Assembly: GCF_018977255.1 (NCBI RefSeq)
Contig: NW_024704742.1
Location: 34,722,001-34,786,000 of the forward strand
DNA from: Callorhinchus milii
Taxonomy: Eukaryota
Length of the DNA: 64,000 nucleotides
Reading direction: 5' to 3'
Below the pieces are notes generated by a model that did not search any database, was not told where the DNA came from, and worked only from the letters and a program-made list of their open reading frames with translations. This document shows, piece after piece, positions 50,501-64,000 of the stretch. How positions within the stretch are numbered: position 1 is the stretch's first letter; every line of letters begins with the position of its first letter. Position numbers and translations under genes: made by a program.

Positions 50501-53500
50501 TTTAATTCTTTAATATGTTTGTGCCTGTACCAATTTGCACATGGCTCAGGCAGTAATCCCGATATTATTACCTTGGAAGTTCTACTTTTTAATTTCATTC
50601 CCAATTCCTTGAACTCCCTCCTCAAGTCGTCCTTACTAGTCCTACCTATATCGTTGGTACCTATGTGGATTACCACAATTGGATCCTCCCCCTCCTGCCT
50701 CAAATTCTTCTCCAGCCCCGAAGAGACATCCTTCACCCTGGCTCCAGGAAGGCAACAGAGCTTCATGTCTCCTGGTTGCGGCTGCAGAGAAGTGTGTCTG
50801 TCCTCCTGACTGTCTCGTTCCCAATTACAACTAAATTCCGTCTATCACCCCCCCAATTGTGTGGCCTCCTGTATAGAGGTGTTGGGAGTCAGTTTGCCCA
50901 ACCTCCTCACAGGCTTCCTTGTCCACACAGGTTGCAAGTATCTCATACCTGTTGGACAAGGTTAAAGTTTAGGGCTTCTCCGCCACTCTCTCTGGGATCC
51001 CCTTACCTGCTTGATTATCAGTCACCCTGTCCTGTCCCTAACTAGTATCGTAATCTATACGTTCCCTGAGCCTCAGGGGAGTGACTGGCTCCAGCATGAA
51101 ACTATCCAGGAAGCTCTCAAAATCCCTAATACTGCTCTGAGCTGGAGCTTCCTCAGTTGCAGACACTTGTTGCAGATGAAGTCGCCCGGGCTCAGATTTG
51201 CACTCCATCAACTCCCACAGACCTCGCACATCACCTGCCATGCCATTCTCTCTGCTCTCTCTCACTCTGGATTTTAAAAATTTCTTTATAAGTTTTTAAA
51301 AAAAAAATTTTTGTTAGTTTTTCGTTAATATTTTTAGTGTTTTTGTAAGTGTTTTGGTTAAGCATGACGTCACACTGATGTCACTTGTCATTTTTCTACA
51401 GCTCCCCCGTTCCGCCCCCGCTCTGTCCCGGCTCCGCGCCCCCGTTCTGTCCCGGCTCCGCGCCCCCGCTCTGTCCCGGCTCCGCGCCTCCGCTCTGTCC
51501 CGGCTCCGCGCCTCCGCTCTGTCCCGGCTCCGCGCCTCCGCTCTGTCCCGGCTCCGCCCGTCCCCCCGCTCTGTCCCGGCTCCGCCGCTCCCCCCACTCT
51601 ATCCCAGCTCTGCCTCCCCCGCTCTGTCCCGGCTCCGCCCTCACGATCCAACCAAAAACAGTTCTTGGAATACGTGTGGTAATGAACAGACTGCAGACAT
51701 TTCCATTTCACTGCATCATTATCCGCTGTTCACAAAGGAGGCCATGATAAGGAACTTTTCATTTGTCCTGACTGCATAGGATGGAAGTGAGGGCAGACTA
51801 GCTCAAACAAGGCCATTAAATACCAAATAAATTGAAAACAATCCCCATCTAAATTAATTATTTTTTAAAAAACAATACACGTGTAGTATTTTTGTTAAGA
51901 TGCTCTGTATTAAATGAATCTCATTGCTGTAGCATACTTCAGATAACTAAGCCAGTATTATTTCCCTGATAAGATCTGAGCCATATTCACATTTAGGATC
52001 TTAAAGTGCCACAAAACTCTGGAACTCCATTCCTCAATCCCTCTGTCTTGCCCCCTCTTTGCCTGTCTTCAAATCACACCTGAAGACTTTCTTCAACCTG
52101 GCTTCCGTCACCTCCCCTTTCTTTCCAGCTCAGTGTCAACCACACTGCTGTTAAGTGCTCCAAGACACTATTTGTGTGAAGGACACTATAAAATTCAAGT
52201 TGATGTTTTTATAACATGCACCACCATCTATTATATGCTTAATGCATATACTCTACTCCACTATATTAGAAACCAAACCAAAACAATCTGAAAGTACATC
52301 ATTCACACCATCTGAAAGCTCACATTAAAATGTGCAACACAAAGTAAATTTGATAATCTACCACATCTTCTTTCTTGCACAGCATCACCTGCATAAAATA
52401 CATATTCCAGGAAAAACAATTCACCCACTCAATATCAGGCCAGAATGAGTTGAGAAAAAAGGAAATTTCTGCCAAATAAGTCCAGGACCTGGCTGTTCCT
52501 TTAATTCATACAGTATATTGATATTGTCTAGGGATTCTGCAGCTTAGTCTCTCAGTTATAGAAATGTCAAAAGTCCCATCCAGTAGCAGAAGATCAGTAC
52601 TGCAGATTTCTGAAAAGCTTAATCAGCATTTACACCCACATTTTCTAAAGGTCAACACTCAACTGTCTCACTCTCTACCGCCACCTTCGAATATAGGTGT
52701 TGCCCTCAGAACTTTGCTATGTTACCCCTTTGTTTGCTAGTGAATATTGTTAGCCAAGAATATGCGTGGAGAGAAATATTGGTGCGGATACAGTCTGAAA
52801 AAAGTGGAACACTTTCCAGCAGCACTCAAATACCCCTCAGCTTACCGAACCCTCCAAAAAAGAACATTTAGGAAATGTTTTGACTTGCTCAGCAAGCCAA
52901 TTCACCACCACAACTTAATGCAGTAGTTATTATATAGCATTCTTCACATAAGGTAACATCTTAGAGGGCTGTACAAATTTAAAGTTGGGTACCAATAGAG
53001 TGATCAATGAGGTAGGTTTTAATTCACGATTTAAAACCAAATAGAGAGATGGAGAAGTAAAAGGAGGGAGTTCCACAGGTTAGGAGCTTAGAATCTGATT
53101 GACGGTGGAATAATAATGAAATACGACTTTAAGTATATTACAGCTCATTCTTCACCTACTTTTCTTTTTTGAAGAATATCGCACAACCATCCACATGCTT
53201 CCTTTCTTGTTCAGTCATTATTTTGGCACGAGACTTTGGACAGAAGAACCCATCATATCCATGCTGATTCAGCTCAGGAAGGAAGAGATTGAAGTATTGC
53301 TCGGTTTCTACTTCCTATTGAAAAAAAACACATTTAATTACAGATGTACCAGATCACAAAACAGCTAACAGTTCTTTTTTTAAAATTGTCTTGAATCATT
53401 ACTGTACTTACCAAACAATATTAATTTTATAGTGAGCTTTTGGCAGAGGGTTTCAGAAATGCACAAATTATCTCTAATAACAATAATCCTTGCATCTGAT

Positions 53501-56500
53501 ATAGCAACTTATCACATCGTTGAGATGTCCCAAAGCGCTTCACAGGATATATTGTAAAGTGGATTGACTGGATTTTGTGGGCGAAACACGCAGGCCATTA
53601 CGCACAGCAAGCTGCACCAAATGTACCGTACTCCAGCAAAAGCAATTCAAATTGGCCTTAAATAAAAATTGATGCTTACAGTGGGCTAAATATAATTCTT
53701 GTTATGTTTTAGCCCCCACTCCCATTCTTTTTCAATCCTTTTTTTGTTTGAATGGCAAACACCTTTGAGTGGAGAAAAAGAGGAGGCTCATAATATGCTG
53801 ACTTCTCTCCAACCACTCAATGCTAATAACTTAATACAAATAACTCTTGCATTTTCATATAGCGCTTTTCACATCTTCTAATAATAATAATCCTTGCATT
53901 TGATATAGCGCTTTTCACGTCGGGAGGACATCCCAAAGCGCTTCACAGAACACACTGTAAAGTGAATTGACTGTATATTTGTGGGCGAAACGCGGCAACC
54001 AATTGTGCACAGCAGTGTCCCACAAACAGTTGTGGATTGAAGTGACCAATTTATTATTGTTTTTTTTTCTTGAGGGATTATTATCAGGCGTACGGAGTAA
54101 GGAAACTTGCCCAAGGTTTCACCCTGCCAGGAATCAAACCCAAGTCGCTCGCTTATGATGCGAGCGCTCTAACCACTGAGCTACAGGACTCCATTTCAAA
54201 ATTATTCTAATAGTACATAATCAAGCAAGAGGGCAGTTATCTCTCAGATAATTTTTCCTCAATGACGCACAACTCAGGAAAATACTCCCTGGGGGAAGGG
54301 GTAGAGGCACCCTGAGAACTGGAGAAAAATACTACAGAGGTAGCACAGCCAGAATGGCAGTCAGGGGCAGTGCAGTCTGCGACCAATTGTGGTGCTATTT
54401 TGTAAAAAGGTACAGGAACACATGAATATCAGAGAAAATTAAAAAATTATGGTGAATATAACACTACCGTATCTAATTGTAATAATTCCTACTTAGTGGT
54501 TTAATGCTGCAACACCAGATAGTATCACCACTGTAGTTCCCTGAATGAACTATGCAAAAGTATACAAATCCTTATTTCATGTCCAACCGCACCCTCACCC
54601 CAAACACCCACCCCCCCATATATTCTGGATTCAAGGAAGAGGAAGTCATACAAAAGGAAGACACATATTAAACATTTTTATAATGCCCTTTTTTCCAGAT
54701 AATAAAATATAATGTTTAATTAAACATTCACATTGCTCATTCAATAAACAAACATCTTCTGAAGACATAGAGACCAATATGCAGAGCTGAATAGCTGAAT
54801 ACATAACCGTGGTTTGTCCAGAAATAATCAGCAACATACTGTAGGTTCACTACACCCGTCCCAGCAACAGGTTCCAGCCGACCCTTACACTTAAAGCTTG
54901 CCATCAAAAGCAACCTTACCTATGACAGCAACAAGATCACAAAGGATGTCAAGAGAGGTACAAACGAAAAAGGCCTTTGAGCTCATCTAATATGCCTATT
55001 GTCTCTTCAATTCAATGTCAAGCTGTTTCATAAACAAGACTACCCTGTTATAGAAAGAAAGCCACATTGCCTGCGGAGATTGTTTTACCAGGAACATTAT
55101 CCTGCTGCTGAAGCAATAGGACCCAGCAAAGCAAGATAAAAAGCTCCCACCTGGTGCATTGTCAAAGGCTCCCACCAGATTCAGTGATTCCCATATTTTT
55201 CTGTTCTAAACTAATCAATCTCCTCGATACAGTAGCAATGTCCATTGCTAAATCAAGGGGAGATCAGGGAAGCTCTGTGACCACAAAAAAAGGTAAATGT
55301 TCATGACTTAGAAACTGCAAATGTGAATTCACACATGGCTTGCACAGTTGTTTCCAGGATGTTACCACTGCCTGTCATGCAAAACAATGTCCCTTTCATA
55401 TTTGGGATCTCGCAGCATGGACTACAGCATTGAAGTGGAGGTACTGACCCCATTGTAAACCCGTGCTGTTTTTCTGTGCCTCCACATTTGTGAAGGAGGG
55501 AGAACATTTGTGGTTTGATGAAGTAAGACACAACACATGTGTGCAACACCATTAAAAGTTCATTTACACAACTGCTGCCATCAACCAAATATTAGGGGGC
55601 TTTACACTGGACCTTTCCTGCTGTCCTGCCACCATTAGTTTGGTTGTGGAGATTATGAAATTAAATTTTCAAAGCTTTTTCACATGAGCGAAACATCTGA
55701 CCTCATGAAACCAGCTTGGTTAAATCCATATTCACCATTCCCTCACTGCAACCATGACACAGTGGTTTAGATTTACATCCGCCTTGCCTTACCTGAAGGC
55801 TTATGATGTCTGCATCACAGTTTATAATCTCTTCCATAATTCCCTTTTTCCTGTATTCCCAGTTCAAAGCCCAGGATGGGCAGTAGCCGTATAGCTGCCT
55901 TGTGGCATACTTGTCACATAGAACATTATAACACATGACAGTGAACAGTGCTGTAAAGCAAATCCATAAATCAGTAGGTTACCCAAAATATTGGGATAAC
56001 AAAAACAATATGAAAACAATCTTTGATCACAAAAATTTCACAAAACAATGCACATATGTCATCTTGTCACATTCCGCCACATACAGCACAGGGGCAAAAA
56101 TTATACATCCAAAATAATATTTTCAAGCAATTTAAATGGATTGAGAAAAAATAATTATAATGGTATAAGGAATGAACTGGAGGGGAAAAAATGGCAATCA
56201 AAGATGTTGAGCAACAATGGAAATTTTTTAAACATGAGACAGAAAAGGTGCAGGAAAAATATATTCCATTAAGAAATAAGGAAAAATTACCTAACATTGA
56301 TATGCCATAGATGAATAAGGAGTTGAAGACAAAATTGCAGCTATGGAAAAAAGCATAACAGAAAGTTCTCCAGTAGGGACAGGGAAGTGGGGTTTCCATG
56401 AATTGAATGGAAATCAAGGAGACATGATTACAAAAGGCAATCAGACTTGTAGTAATTGTCAATGGTTGACCAGATGGACTGCTTTCTCAATCAGACTAAG

Positions 56501-58675
56501 CAGATTAGACATGTTCTAGCCCCTAGAATACAAAGGTTGAAGGGCATGCCTAGTTGGAAAAGTACTGTGAAACATACCAGTGCTTTGTGCTAGTAACATG
56601 AACAGTTAACAAAAATATTTTTGAATGTCAAACAAACATCTTTTACATTTGATTACTCTTACAATTCATCTAAGATAATCATAGAAATCAAAAAAAACAT
56701 TCACCCATTTAATTCAGTGCATCTATATCTTTGCGTAGGCAATTGGATTATGAAGTATTCCGTGTGTAATAACTGATTTAAAGCAAAGCATAATTCTTTC
56801 ACTGTAATGAACAACAAATTTACAGATAAGCAGAGATTCTCATCTAAGATTACTGCCCGTAGTTTATAAATATACCTGTTGGTAGCACTTGATCTCTTTC
56901 CTTTAGTGTGACCCACGGCCTCTGAGGAAGCTGCTCTGGATGAACTTATAAAAAAAACAAGCAAAGATGTGTTTGTTGCCCTCCCAAAGAATAACCTTAA
57001 ATTATTCCCTCCTTTGCTTGGGCTCCCTAACCCTCCATACATATATGGTCAAAAGGGCAGCAACCTTTCAAAAATAATAAACTTTGCATTTGATATAACA
57101 TATTTCACAGGATTTACTATAAAGTGGAGTGACTGTCTTTTGTAGGCAAACCAATATGCGTACAGCAAAGTGCCACAAACAGACGTGAAGTGAATTACTC
57201 ATTTTATTTAGGGGTTTGTTGGCCAAGACACTGGAAGAATCTTCTTTCTCTTTTCGAATCGTGCCATGGGATTTTTAGCTTCCACCTGAATAGGCAAACA
57301 GGACCTCATCCAAAAGATGGCACTTCAACAATGCAACACCCCCCCAGAACGACAATGGAGTGTCAGCCTAAACAATATGGAGTTCAAAGTCCCAATGTGG
57401 GACTTGAACCCAGAACCTTCTGACTCGGAGAGAGTGCCATCAACTGAACCAGGCTGACACATGACTTCCCATCACTGATTTTCTTGCTCTCCATCCCTGT
57501 GAAGAAGCACCTATCCTCCTTTTGGTGTTTCCTCCAGTGACATGGTTGAGATAGAGAAGTCAACAGTATGGTGACCCACGAGGCAAAGCAATAAAAAACA
57601 TTCAATGTGGTTCAATTTATTAGTGATTTAATGTGCTGTGCCACCCAAAATATAACCTTCTCAGAAATAAAGATCTAGCATATTATTTATTCATAAGTAA
57701 AACATTATCATTGTGAAAAGCAAGTAAACGGATGAAACTAGAATTTCCAATTTCACAAAATATAGATTCTGTCAATCGTAAAAAAATTTTAATCGCTGAA
57801 ACATTATGAAAGTTATTTCAAAATATCTTACATATAGCCAGGGAGGGTGGCTATATCCACATTGAAACACAATCAGGATAAGACCAGTGAAAAAATACCT
57901 GCTAAATTGTCAAGCATGTAGTTCAGTAGCTTTCGTGTTCCATCTGGCTCTTGGTAGAGGTTTAGAATATCCTGTGACAAAGGATTGCCTAACACCAAAC
58001 CAGGAAAAATAAGCATTACAAATCTGTGCATAGTCCAGTTAAGAACACAGATTCTGAGGTATTGACAACAGATGTAAATATTTGAAAAGGGAGAAAAGGC
58101 AGGCAAATGGAAATAAACAATTTGCTATGATGTAATAAAGTGGCCAATCTAGCACGAGAAGCTCAAAATCCTTTTCCTATTCCTATAATACAACAACAAA
58201 ATTACATTTGTAAAGTGCCTTTCACATCGGGAGGATGTCCCAAGGCGCTGAACAGTCGGGGATCAGGATCAGAGTGCGGGGGACAGGATTGGGGTGAGAG
58301 AGGGCAGAGGGATAGTCTCCACAGGGCCTGGAAAGTTTAGCTTCAGTTCACAAACCAAGAAAATAACATTATAGAGTAGTTAAAAATCCAAATGTGATTA
58401 AACTGGCAAGTCTTAAATGTTGAGAAAATATTATATTAATAGTTGGTAAGAGCAAGGTGGGTGGTGGTGGGAAGACAACCAAAGGCACAAACAAAGTCTT
58501 GGAATAAAGTCACGTCTAAACTTATTAGAGCTATAAATCGCAAGTGCATTGGATATTCAATACATATAAAGTCATACTTGTTATCTGACCTTTTAAACCC
58601 AGGGTCTGCAGCTGGAACAATCGTCCGAGTTCATAAGGCAAAACCCGTAAGAGATTGTTATTTAAAAGTAATTCC
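38532..58675 (-). CDS. CNOT6L: CCR4-NOT subunit 6-like deadenylase (LRR + EEP nuclease), 3' part; 5' exons lie beyond the window
   Basis: Exons 58590-58675, 57899-57988, 56876-56944, 55793-55950, 53160-53314, 46349-46497, 41474-41707, 40971-41173, 38532-38744, all GT-AG and in frame. Motifs [95 protein letters not shown]6L rather than CNOT6 is supported by [22 protein letters not shown] and adjacency to the CXCL13-like gene. Confidence 0.93.
42991..43637. mobile_element. Non-autonomous Tc1/mariner-superfamily (Tigger/pogo-like) DNA transposon with nested SINE
   Basis: TA-CAGTCCTACCCACTTATC ... GATAAGTGGGTCGGACTG-TA: terminal inverted repeats (17 of 18 matching) with flanking TA. Internal palindrome CTTATATCGAC...GTCGATATAAG. 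Confidence 0.75.
43098..43405 (+). mobile_element. tRNA-derived SINE (same family) inserted in the TIR element
   Basis: TGTAGCTCAGTGGTTAGAGC...GGTTCGATTCC head, same core and tail. Confidence 0.88.
44711..46045 (+). mobile_element. L2 LINE, 5'-truncated
   Basis: [37 protein letters not shown]; ends GCGCTATAAAGTGCGTGTTGTTG. Confidence 0.88.
47235..51640 (-). mobile_element. Near-full-length CR1 LINE (ORF1 zinc finger + SGNH esterase; ORF2 APE endonuclease + RT), frameshifted
   Basis: [70 protein letters not shown]1: [10 protein letters not shown]...HIGTNDIG...IISGLLP and CEVC...FICNKC. CR1-type 3' end at ~47235-47310; GC-rich 5' region. Confidence 0.92.
51404..51640. repeat. GC-rich 24-bp minisatellite (GCTCTGTCCCGGCTCCGCGCCTCC), about 10 copies
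   Basis: Direct tandem units visible; they generate the 8-aa-periodic spurious ORFs in the track. Confidence 0.9.
53879..54192 (-). mobile_element. Full-length tRNA-derived SINE (same family)
   Basis: Reverse complement of the 59405-59724 element. Confidence 0.88.
57070..57455 (-). mobile_element. Older tRNA/Deu-type SINE (second family)
   Basis: Minus strand reads CAGCCTGGTTCAGTTGATGGCACTCT...GAGTCAGAAGGTTCTGGGTTCAAGTCCCAC...GATCCCATGGCAC-like. Related copies at ~17005-17335, 4960-5310 and 1040-1160. Confidence 0.65.
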
Positions 58676-59404
58676 CTGGAAGAAAAAATACTTCATGTAA
58701 AAACTTTCTTCAGCTACGTAATTTGTTACTTCGAAATACAATAATAATAATCCTTGCAATTGATATAGCGCCTCATCACATCTTCGAGATGTCTCAAAAC
58801 GCTTCACAGAATAGACTGTTAAGTGAATTGACTGTATATTTGTGGGCCAAACACGGCAGCCAATTGCGCAGAGCAGTGTCCCACAAACAGTCGTGGATTG
58901 AAGTGACCAATTTATTATTGTTTTGTTTTAGAGGGATTATTATCAGGCGTGAGGAGTAACGAAACTTGCCCAAGGTTTTGCCTTTACTGTATATACTGTA
59001 TACACATTGCTGGTAACAATGCAAAAGAACTTTAAAATTTAAATTCTAACATAACATAGGAAGCAAATAAAGAGACGACCAGGGTCATGGGATAGAACAA
59101 TAAGCCTCATCTCTGGCACTTGAGAGTTTTACCTCAAAGTATGTGAATCTTTTTCTCAGATTATCATTCTCCTACAGTCATCACTAAACAGGATCGGTTC
59201 CTCAAGAAATTTAAAATAGCAACGACGCAGCAACTGCATTTATATAGTACCCTTCATGAGGGGTAGCGTCTCGGAGAGCTGAACAATGGTGTCGTTTGAC
59301 GGCAAAACTGAGAGAAAAACTTGAGGTGATCGTAGATAGAGCTGAAGAGGAAAATTTTCTGGTCCAATCTTAAAATGGGTAAAGAGGTGAATGGGTAAAG
59401 AGGT

Positions 59405-59724
59405 GGAGTCCTGTAGCTCAGTGGTTAGAGCACTCGCCTTGCAAGCGACACACCTGGATTCAATTCCAGGCAGGGCGAAACCTTGGGCAAGTTTCCTTAC
59501 TCCACACACCTAATAATAATCCCTCCAAAAAAACAAAACAATAATAAATTGGTCATTTTCAATCCATGACTGTTTGTGGGACACTGCTGTGCGCAATTGG
59601 CTGCCGCGTTTCGCCCACAAATATACGGTCAATTCACTTTACAGCATATTCTGTGAAGCTCTTTGAGATGTCTAGAAGATGTGAAAAGCACTATATCAAA
59701 TGCAAGGATTGTTATTATTATTAT
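59405..59724 (+). mobile_element. Full-length tRNA-derived SINE with Deu-like core and L2-type tail
   Basis: Head GGAGTCCTGTAGCTCAGTGGTTAGAGC (A box) ... GATTCAATTCC (B box); core GTGGGACACTGCTGTGCGCAATTGGCTGCCGCGTTTC; tail AAATGCAAGG(ATT)n. Confidence 0.88.
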
Positions 59725-61019
59725 AAGGCAGAGGAATTGGAGAAGGGCGTTCCAGAAGATTGAACATCCAGAAAGCTCAGTTTAAAATCTTACTTCCAAC
59801 ATTTGAAATGAATGATATCTTACACAAGAAATGTATGAAATCTCCTCTCTTGTTTAAGCCATGTGCATTAAAAGGGCAAATATCAGAAAACAGTAGTTCT
59901 CAAGATTTGCAAAGTTGCTCATCAAAGCTGCTTCACCAAAAGCTCAGAGTTGCACAACTGTTACAAAACTTAACTCGACCAAAACTATTTTATTTATTCC
60001 TTAATCACAAATTGCTAGTAATAGTACATTTTACTGAATTGTGCAAATATATACATATTATGCACATACATGAATTGAACATGTAATACCATCTAGAAAA
60101 CTCTTTTAAATGCAGCAGAAATACTGGTTAGTTAATAATATTACATGTGCAAACATATGTGCACACAAACACACGCACATGCACACAGGTTCTGAGCACA
60201 CATAGCACCATGGTATCAAGAGTTCTCTGTTGTCACAGTTATTGGAAGATCAAACTTTTCAAGATGTTGCAATCCACTATCTCAGTTCCTCATCAGGTTT
60301 ATGGATTCAGATATTCAGTTTCTCAACGTGCAGCTGTTCTATTTGGTTGGTGAACTAGTTTCAGCTGTGCTTAGTAGTTTTTCTTTACGGTCTTGTCAAT
60401 TTCATAACAGTTCAGATTCCTTGAGAACTGTGCTTGTTTTATGAAGGTCTATGATTTGGAATTTACCTCCGTTGTCACTCTTTGTTGTAGTGGGAAATGT
60501 TTCTACTATCTTGTAGTTCGTTAAAATTTGTTTCCAGTGTTTGGTGTGTCAGGAACTCTAATATATATTTATATCACCAACTTCATTCCCAGTTGCTGTG
60601 TTCATTCATCTCAGTGGGTCTGGAGCACTTAGTGTTTATGCAGTCATGCATTTGTTAAAACAAAACTGCACAAGAGGTGTAGGTTCAAGAGAAAAGAGGG
60701 GGAGTACTTTCGATTTAAAATCTTTTAAAACAAATTACAGTGTGTAGGGGATGAGTATTTTACTACTTAAAATAGATGCAAAAGATCACATTGGATAATT
60801 TTTAAAAATCACTATGTGACCAACTTAATTTCCTCCCTAAAGACAACTGTGAGTAGCTACCTTACACCACCAGGCAGTGCACTCCTTTCTGTTGCTTCCC
60901 CTTTTTTGGATACCGGATCAGAACTGAATTTGGTCCATTTTAAAATAAAACATTATAGTCATTATACTTTCTGTTATAAAATAATACTTAGTAGTTATTG
61001 GTTTACTTAAGAGGGTTTT

Positions 61020-63735
61020 GTCGGGGGTTGCCGTGGCGGTGGTGTGTCCCTCATCTCCAGGATCTCGCTTGCTCTATCCCCTTACTTCTCTGACTCATTC
61101 CCCTCTTGCGAGCACTTTACCCTCTATCATCCCTCAAATCTTTCCCTCAAAATTCTCCTTATTTACCGCCCCCCAAAACCTCCCTACCTTCATCTCTGAT
61201 GTCTTCACCCTCCTAGATACCCTCTGCCTCTGTTCTGAACGCCTCCTCATCCTCGGCGACTTCAACCTACACTTCACTCCCTCCTGCTCTATCTCCTCAG
61301 ACTTCTCCTCTCTCCTTTCCTCTCACAACCTCTCCCTCCACATCCACTCTGCCACCCATGTTCATGGCCACCCACTCGACCTGGTGATTAACCGGGGCTT
61401 CAGTGTCTCGGACCTCACAATCACAGACAAAACCATCTCCGATCACCATTTCATCTCCTTGAACTCCTCAATCCCTCTCCCCACCGACACCAAATCCATC
61501 TCCATTTCCTACCGCCCCTGAAGAAAAAAATCTCCCCGCAATCCCTCTCCGCTGCCCTGGAGTCATCCGAACTCCTCCCCCTCTGGCCTACCTCCCACAC
61601 TGATTTATCCTCCTCGCTCACTCTCCTCCACAACTCCCTCTCCACCATTCTTGCTGCCCTTGCCCCCCGCACCTCCCGAACCGCCCCCTACTCACGAACC
61701 TCACCCTGATACACCAGCCATCTCCGCTCCCTCAAGGGTCAGGTGCGGGCCACCGAACGCACCTGGCTCAAGCTTGACCTAACAGTCCACCGGCAGATCT
61801 GGCTGGACTACATTAAAGCGTACCGCTCTGCCCTCGCCTCTGCCAAATTATCCTACTACTCCAAGGTAATCTTGGAGGTGAAGGACAACCCCAGGTGCCT
61901 ATTTTCCATCACTAAGCGGCTCCTCCATCCTCCCTCCCGCGCCTGGCTCATTCTCCCCTCAAGCTCTGACTGCGAGGAGATGCTGGATTTCTTTGAGTCC
62001 AAAATCGAGGGGATCCATTCAGCTGTCACTGTCCTCCCAACTGCCACTCCCTCCACATCTCCCCACCACACTCCATCCCCTACCCATCCCGCCCTCCACA
62101 TTTTCGAACCTGTCTCCCACTCCTCTCTCACCTTATCCAGCATGAAACACACCACCTGCTCCCTTGACCCCATCCCCACCCCTCCCCAGCTCCACCTCCT
62201 CGCCCCTCTACTCTCCGACACCATCAATCTCTCCCTTTCATCTGGCACCGTTCCCATCCCCCTAAAAACAGCTGCAATCACCCCAATCCTGAAAAAACCT
62301 TCCCTGGACCCATCCCTGCCTTCTAACTCACGGCCCATCTCCAACCTCCCTTTTGTTTCAAAGGTCCTTTAAAGAGTCATTGCTTCCCAGCTTTGCTCAT
62401 TCCTCTCCTACGACTCCAGGCTTTAGTTCCTTCCAATCAGCTTTCTGTGCTGCTCACAGCATGGAAACTGCTCTGGTCAAGGGTACAAACAATATTTTTT
62501 CCATCTGTGAGCAGGGCTCCCTCTGCCTCCCCGTCCTCTACACTACCTTCGATACCGTGGATCACTCCATCCTCCTCTCACCTCAACCTTCAAGTTTCTG
62601 TCCTTGAATGGTTCAGGTTTAATCTCTCACACCGCCTCCAATTTGTCTCTACCAACGGTTCCTCTTCCAGCCCCCACACAGTCTTGTGTGGTGTTCCTCA
62701 GTGCTCTGTCCTCGATCCCCTCCTCTTCAAACTGTACATGCTCCCCCTTAGTGACATCATTCGCAGACATGGGGTCAACTTCCACATGTATGCGGATGAC
62801 ACCCAACTCTATCTTTCTGCCTCCACCATCGATTCCGGGACAGCTGACATCCTGACACTGTCTGTCTGACATGAAGTCCTGGATGAGAGCCAACGTTCTG
62901 CAGCTGAATGTTTGCAGGACCGAGACCCTCCTGATTGACTCGCACCAGCGCCTCAGCACCTCAGGCACTGGCAGCATCAGCATCCACGGTTGCACACTCC
63001 ACCTCACCAAGCAAGTTAGGGTGTCTTGTTCGACCCTCAACTGTCTTTTCTCCCCCAAATCCGTGCCATGACAAACTCTGCCTTCCCCCACTTCTGCAAC
63101 ATTGCCCGACTCCGCCACTGCCTCACCCTTCTGGCTGCCGAAACCCTCACCCACGCATTCGTCAACTCAAGGCTCGACTATGGAAACTCCCTCCTTGTCG
63201 ACCTCCCCAACTCTTCCCTCCACAAGCTGCAGATCATCCGGAACTCTGCAGCTCATGTCCTCTCCCACACCAAGCTCCGTGACCCCATCACACCCATCCT
63301 TGACCGGCTCCACATCCCTCAGAGGATCAAATTCAAAATCCTCGTCCTCACTTTGAAGGCCCTCCACGGCCTTGCCCCCTCCTACATCTCTGACCTGCTG
63401 ACTCCCTATCAACCTGTCCACTCTCTCTGCTCAGCAGGCTCTGGCCTACTCCAGGTCTCCCATTCGACCTGCTCTACAATCGGCGGTCAGGATTTCAGCC
63501 TCTCTGGCCCCACTCTTTGGAACTCCATCCCACAATCCCTTTGCTTTGCCTCCTTCAAGGCACAACTCAAGACCCTCCTTTTTGACCATGCTTTCAGCTG
63601 CCCTCCTTACCCCCCTCTGCCCTCCCTCATCCCAATACTGTCCCCCACGCTCAGGTCCTGATCCCTGCCTGTTCAGCGCCTTGGGATTTCCTCCCGACGT
63701 GAAAGATGCTTTACAAATGTAATTTTGTTGTTGTT
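61020..63735 (+). mobile_element. L2 LINE, 5'-truncated ORF2 with 3' tail
   Basis: [59 protein letters not shown]; ends in AAATGTAATTTTGTTGTTG. Confidence 0.92.
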
Positions 63736-64000
63736 TCTTTTCCTTGGGTCTTGCAGCTTCAGGATTCAATCCATTATACATTGTCTAGAAAGACTTCACG
63801 TATTCATTTCCTTGGACTTCTGATTTGATTCTGTTTTATTTTTATGTCTTCTGAGGAGCAACTAAAACAAAAAGGAAAAGCTAACAAGAGAGAATCAATG
63901 ATCAGAGAGCCTCATTGTCAATCTCACAAAGAACCACAAGAAGCCAAGACAGATCAACCTTCATCTACCAGCCAAAGGCAGAACAATGTGTAAAGAACCA

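Noticed and set aside
59405..59480. tRNA genes at 59405, 54120-54192 and 43098
   Set aside because: The tRNA-like A/B boxes run directly into a shared SINE body and tail, so these are SINE heads.

Overview
Vertebrate genomic DNA. The CR1, L2 and tRNA/Deu-type SINE content suggests a cartilaginous fish (inference). Four intron-containing genes were reconstructed by hand from splice sites and reading frame. (1) RRH/peropsin: minus strand, 7 coding exons, 343 aa. (2) GAR1, an H/ACA RNP subunit: minus strand, 6 coding exons, 215 aa, with a U12-type intron and a CpG-island promoter at about 22.4-22.8 kb. (3) A 4-exon CXC chemokine most like CXCL13: plus strand, 97 aa, absent from the ORF track. 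(4) The last nine coding exons of the deadenylase CNOT6L: minus strand, with a probable ~4.6 kb 3'UTR rich in miR-17~92 seed sites. The remainder is L2 and CR1 LINEs (one near-full-length CR1 with an esterase-type ORF1), SINEs, a Tigger-like TIR element, and mini- and microsatellites. The best leads are the GAR1-RRH / CXCL13-CNOT6L juxtaposition, a promoter-like CpG element inside the last GAR1 intron followed by candidate micro-exons leading toward RRH, and a duplicated hairpin split by an L2 insertion. No wholly new system is demonstrable from the sequence alone.
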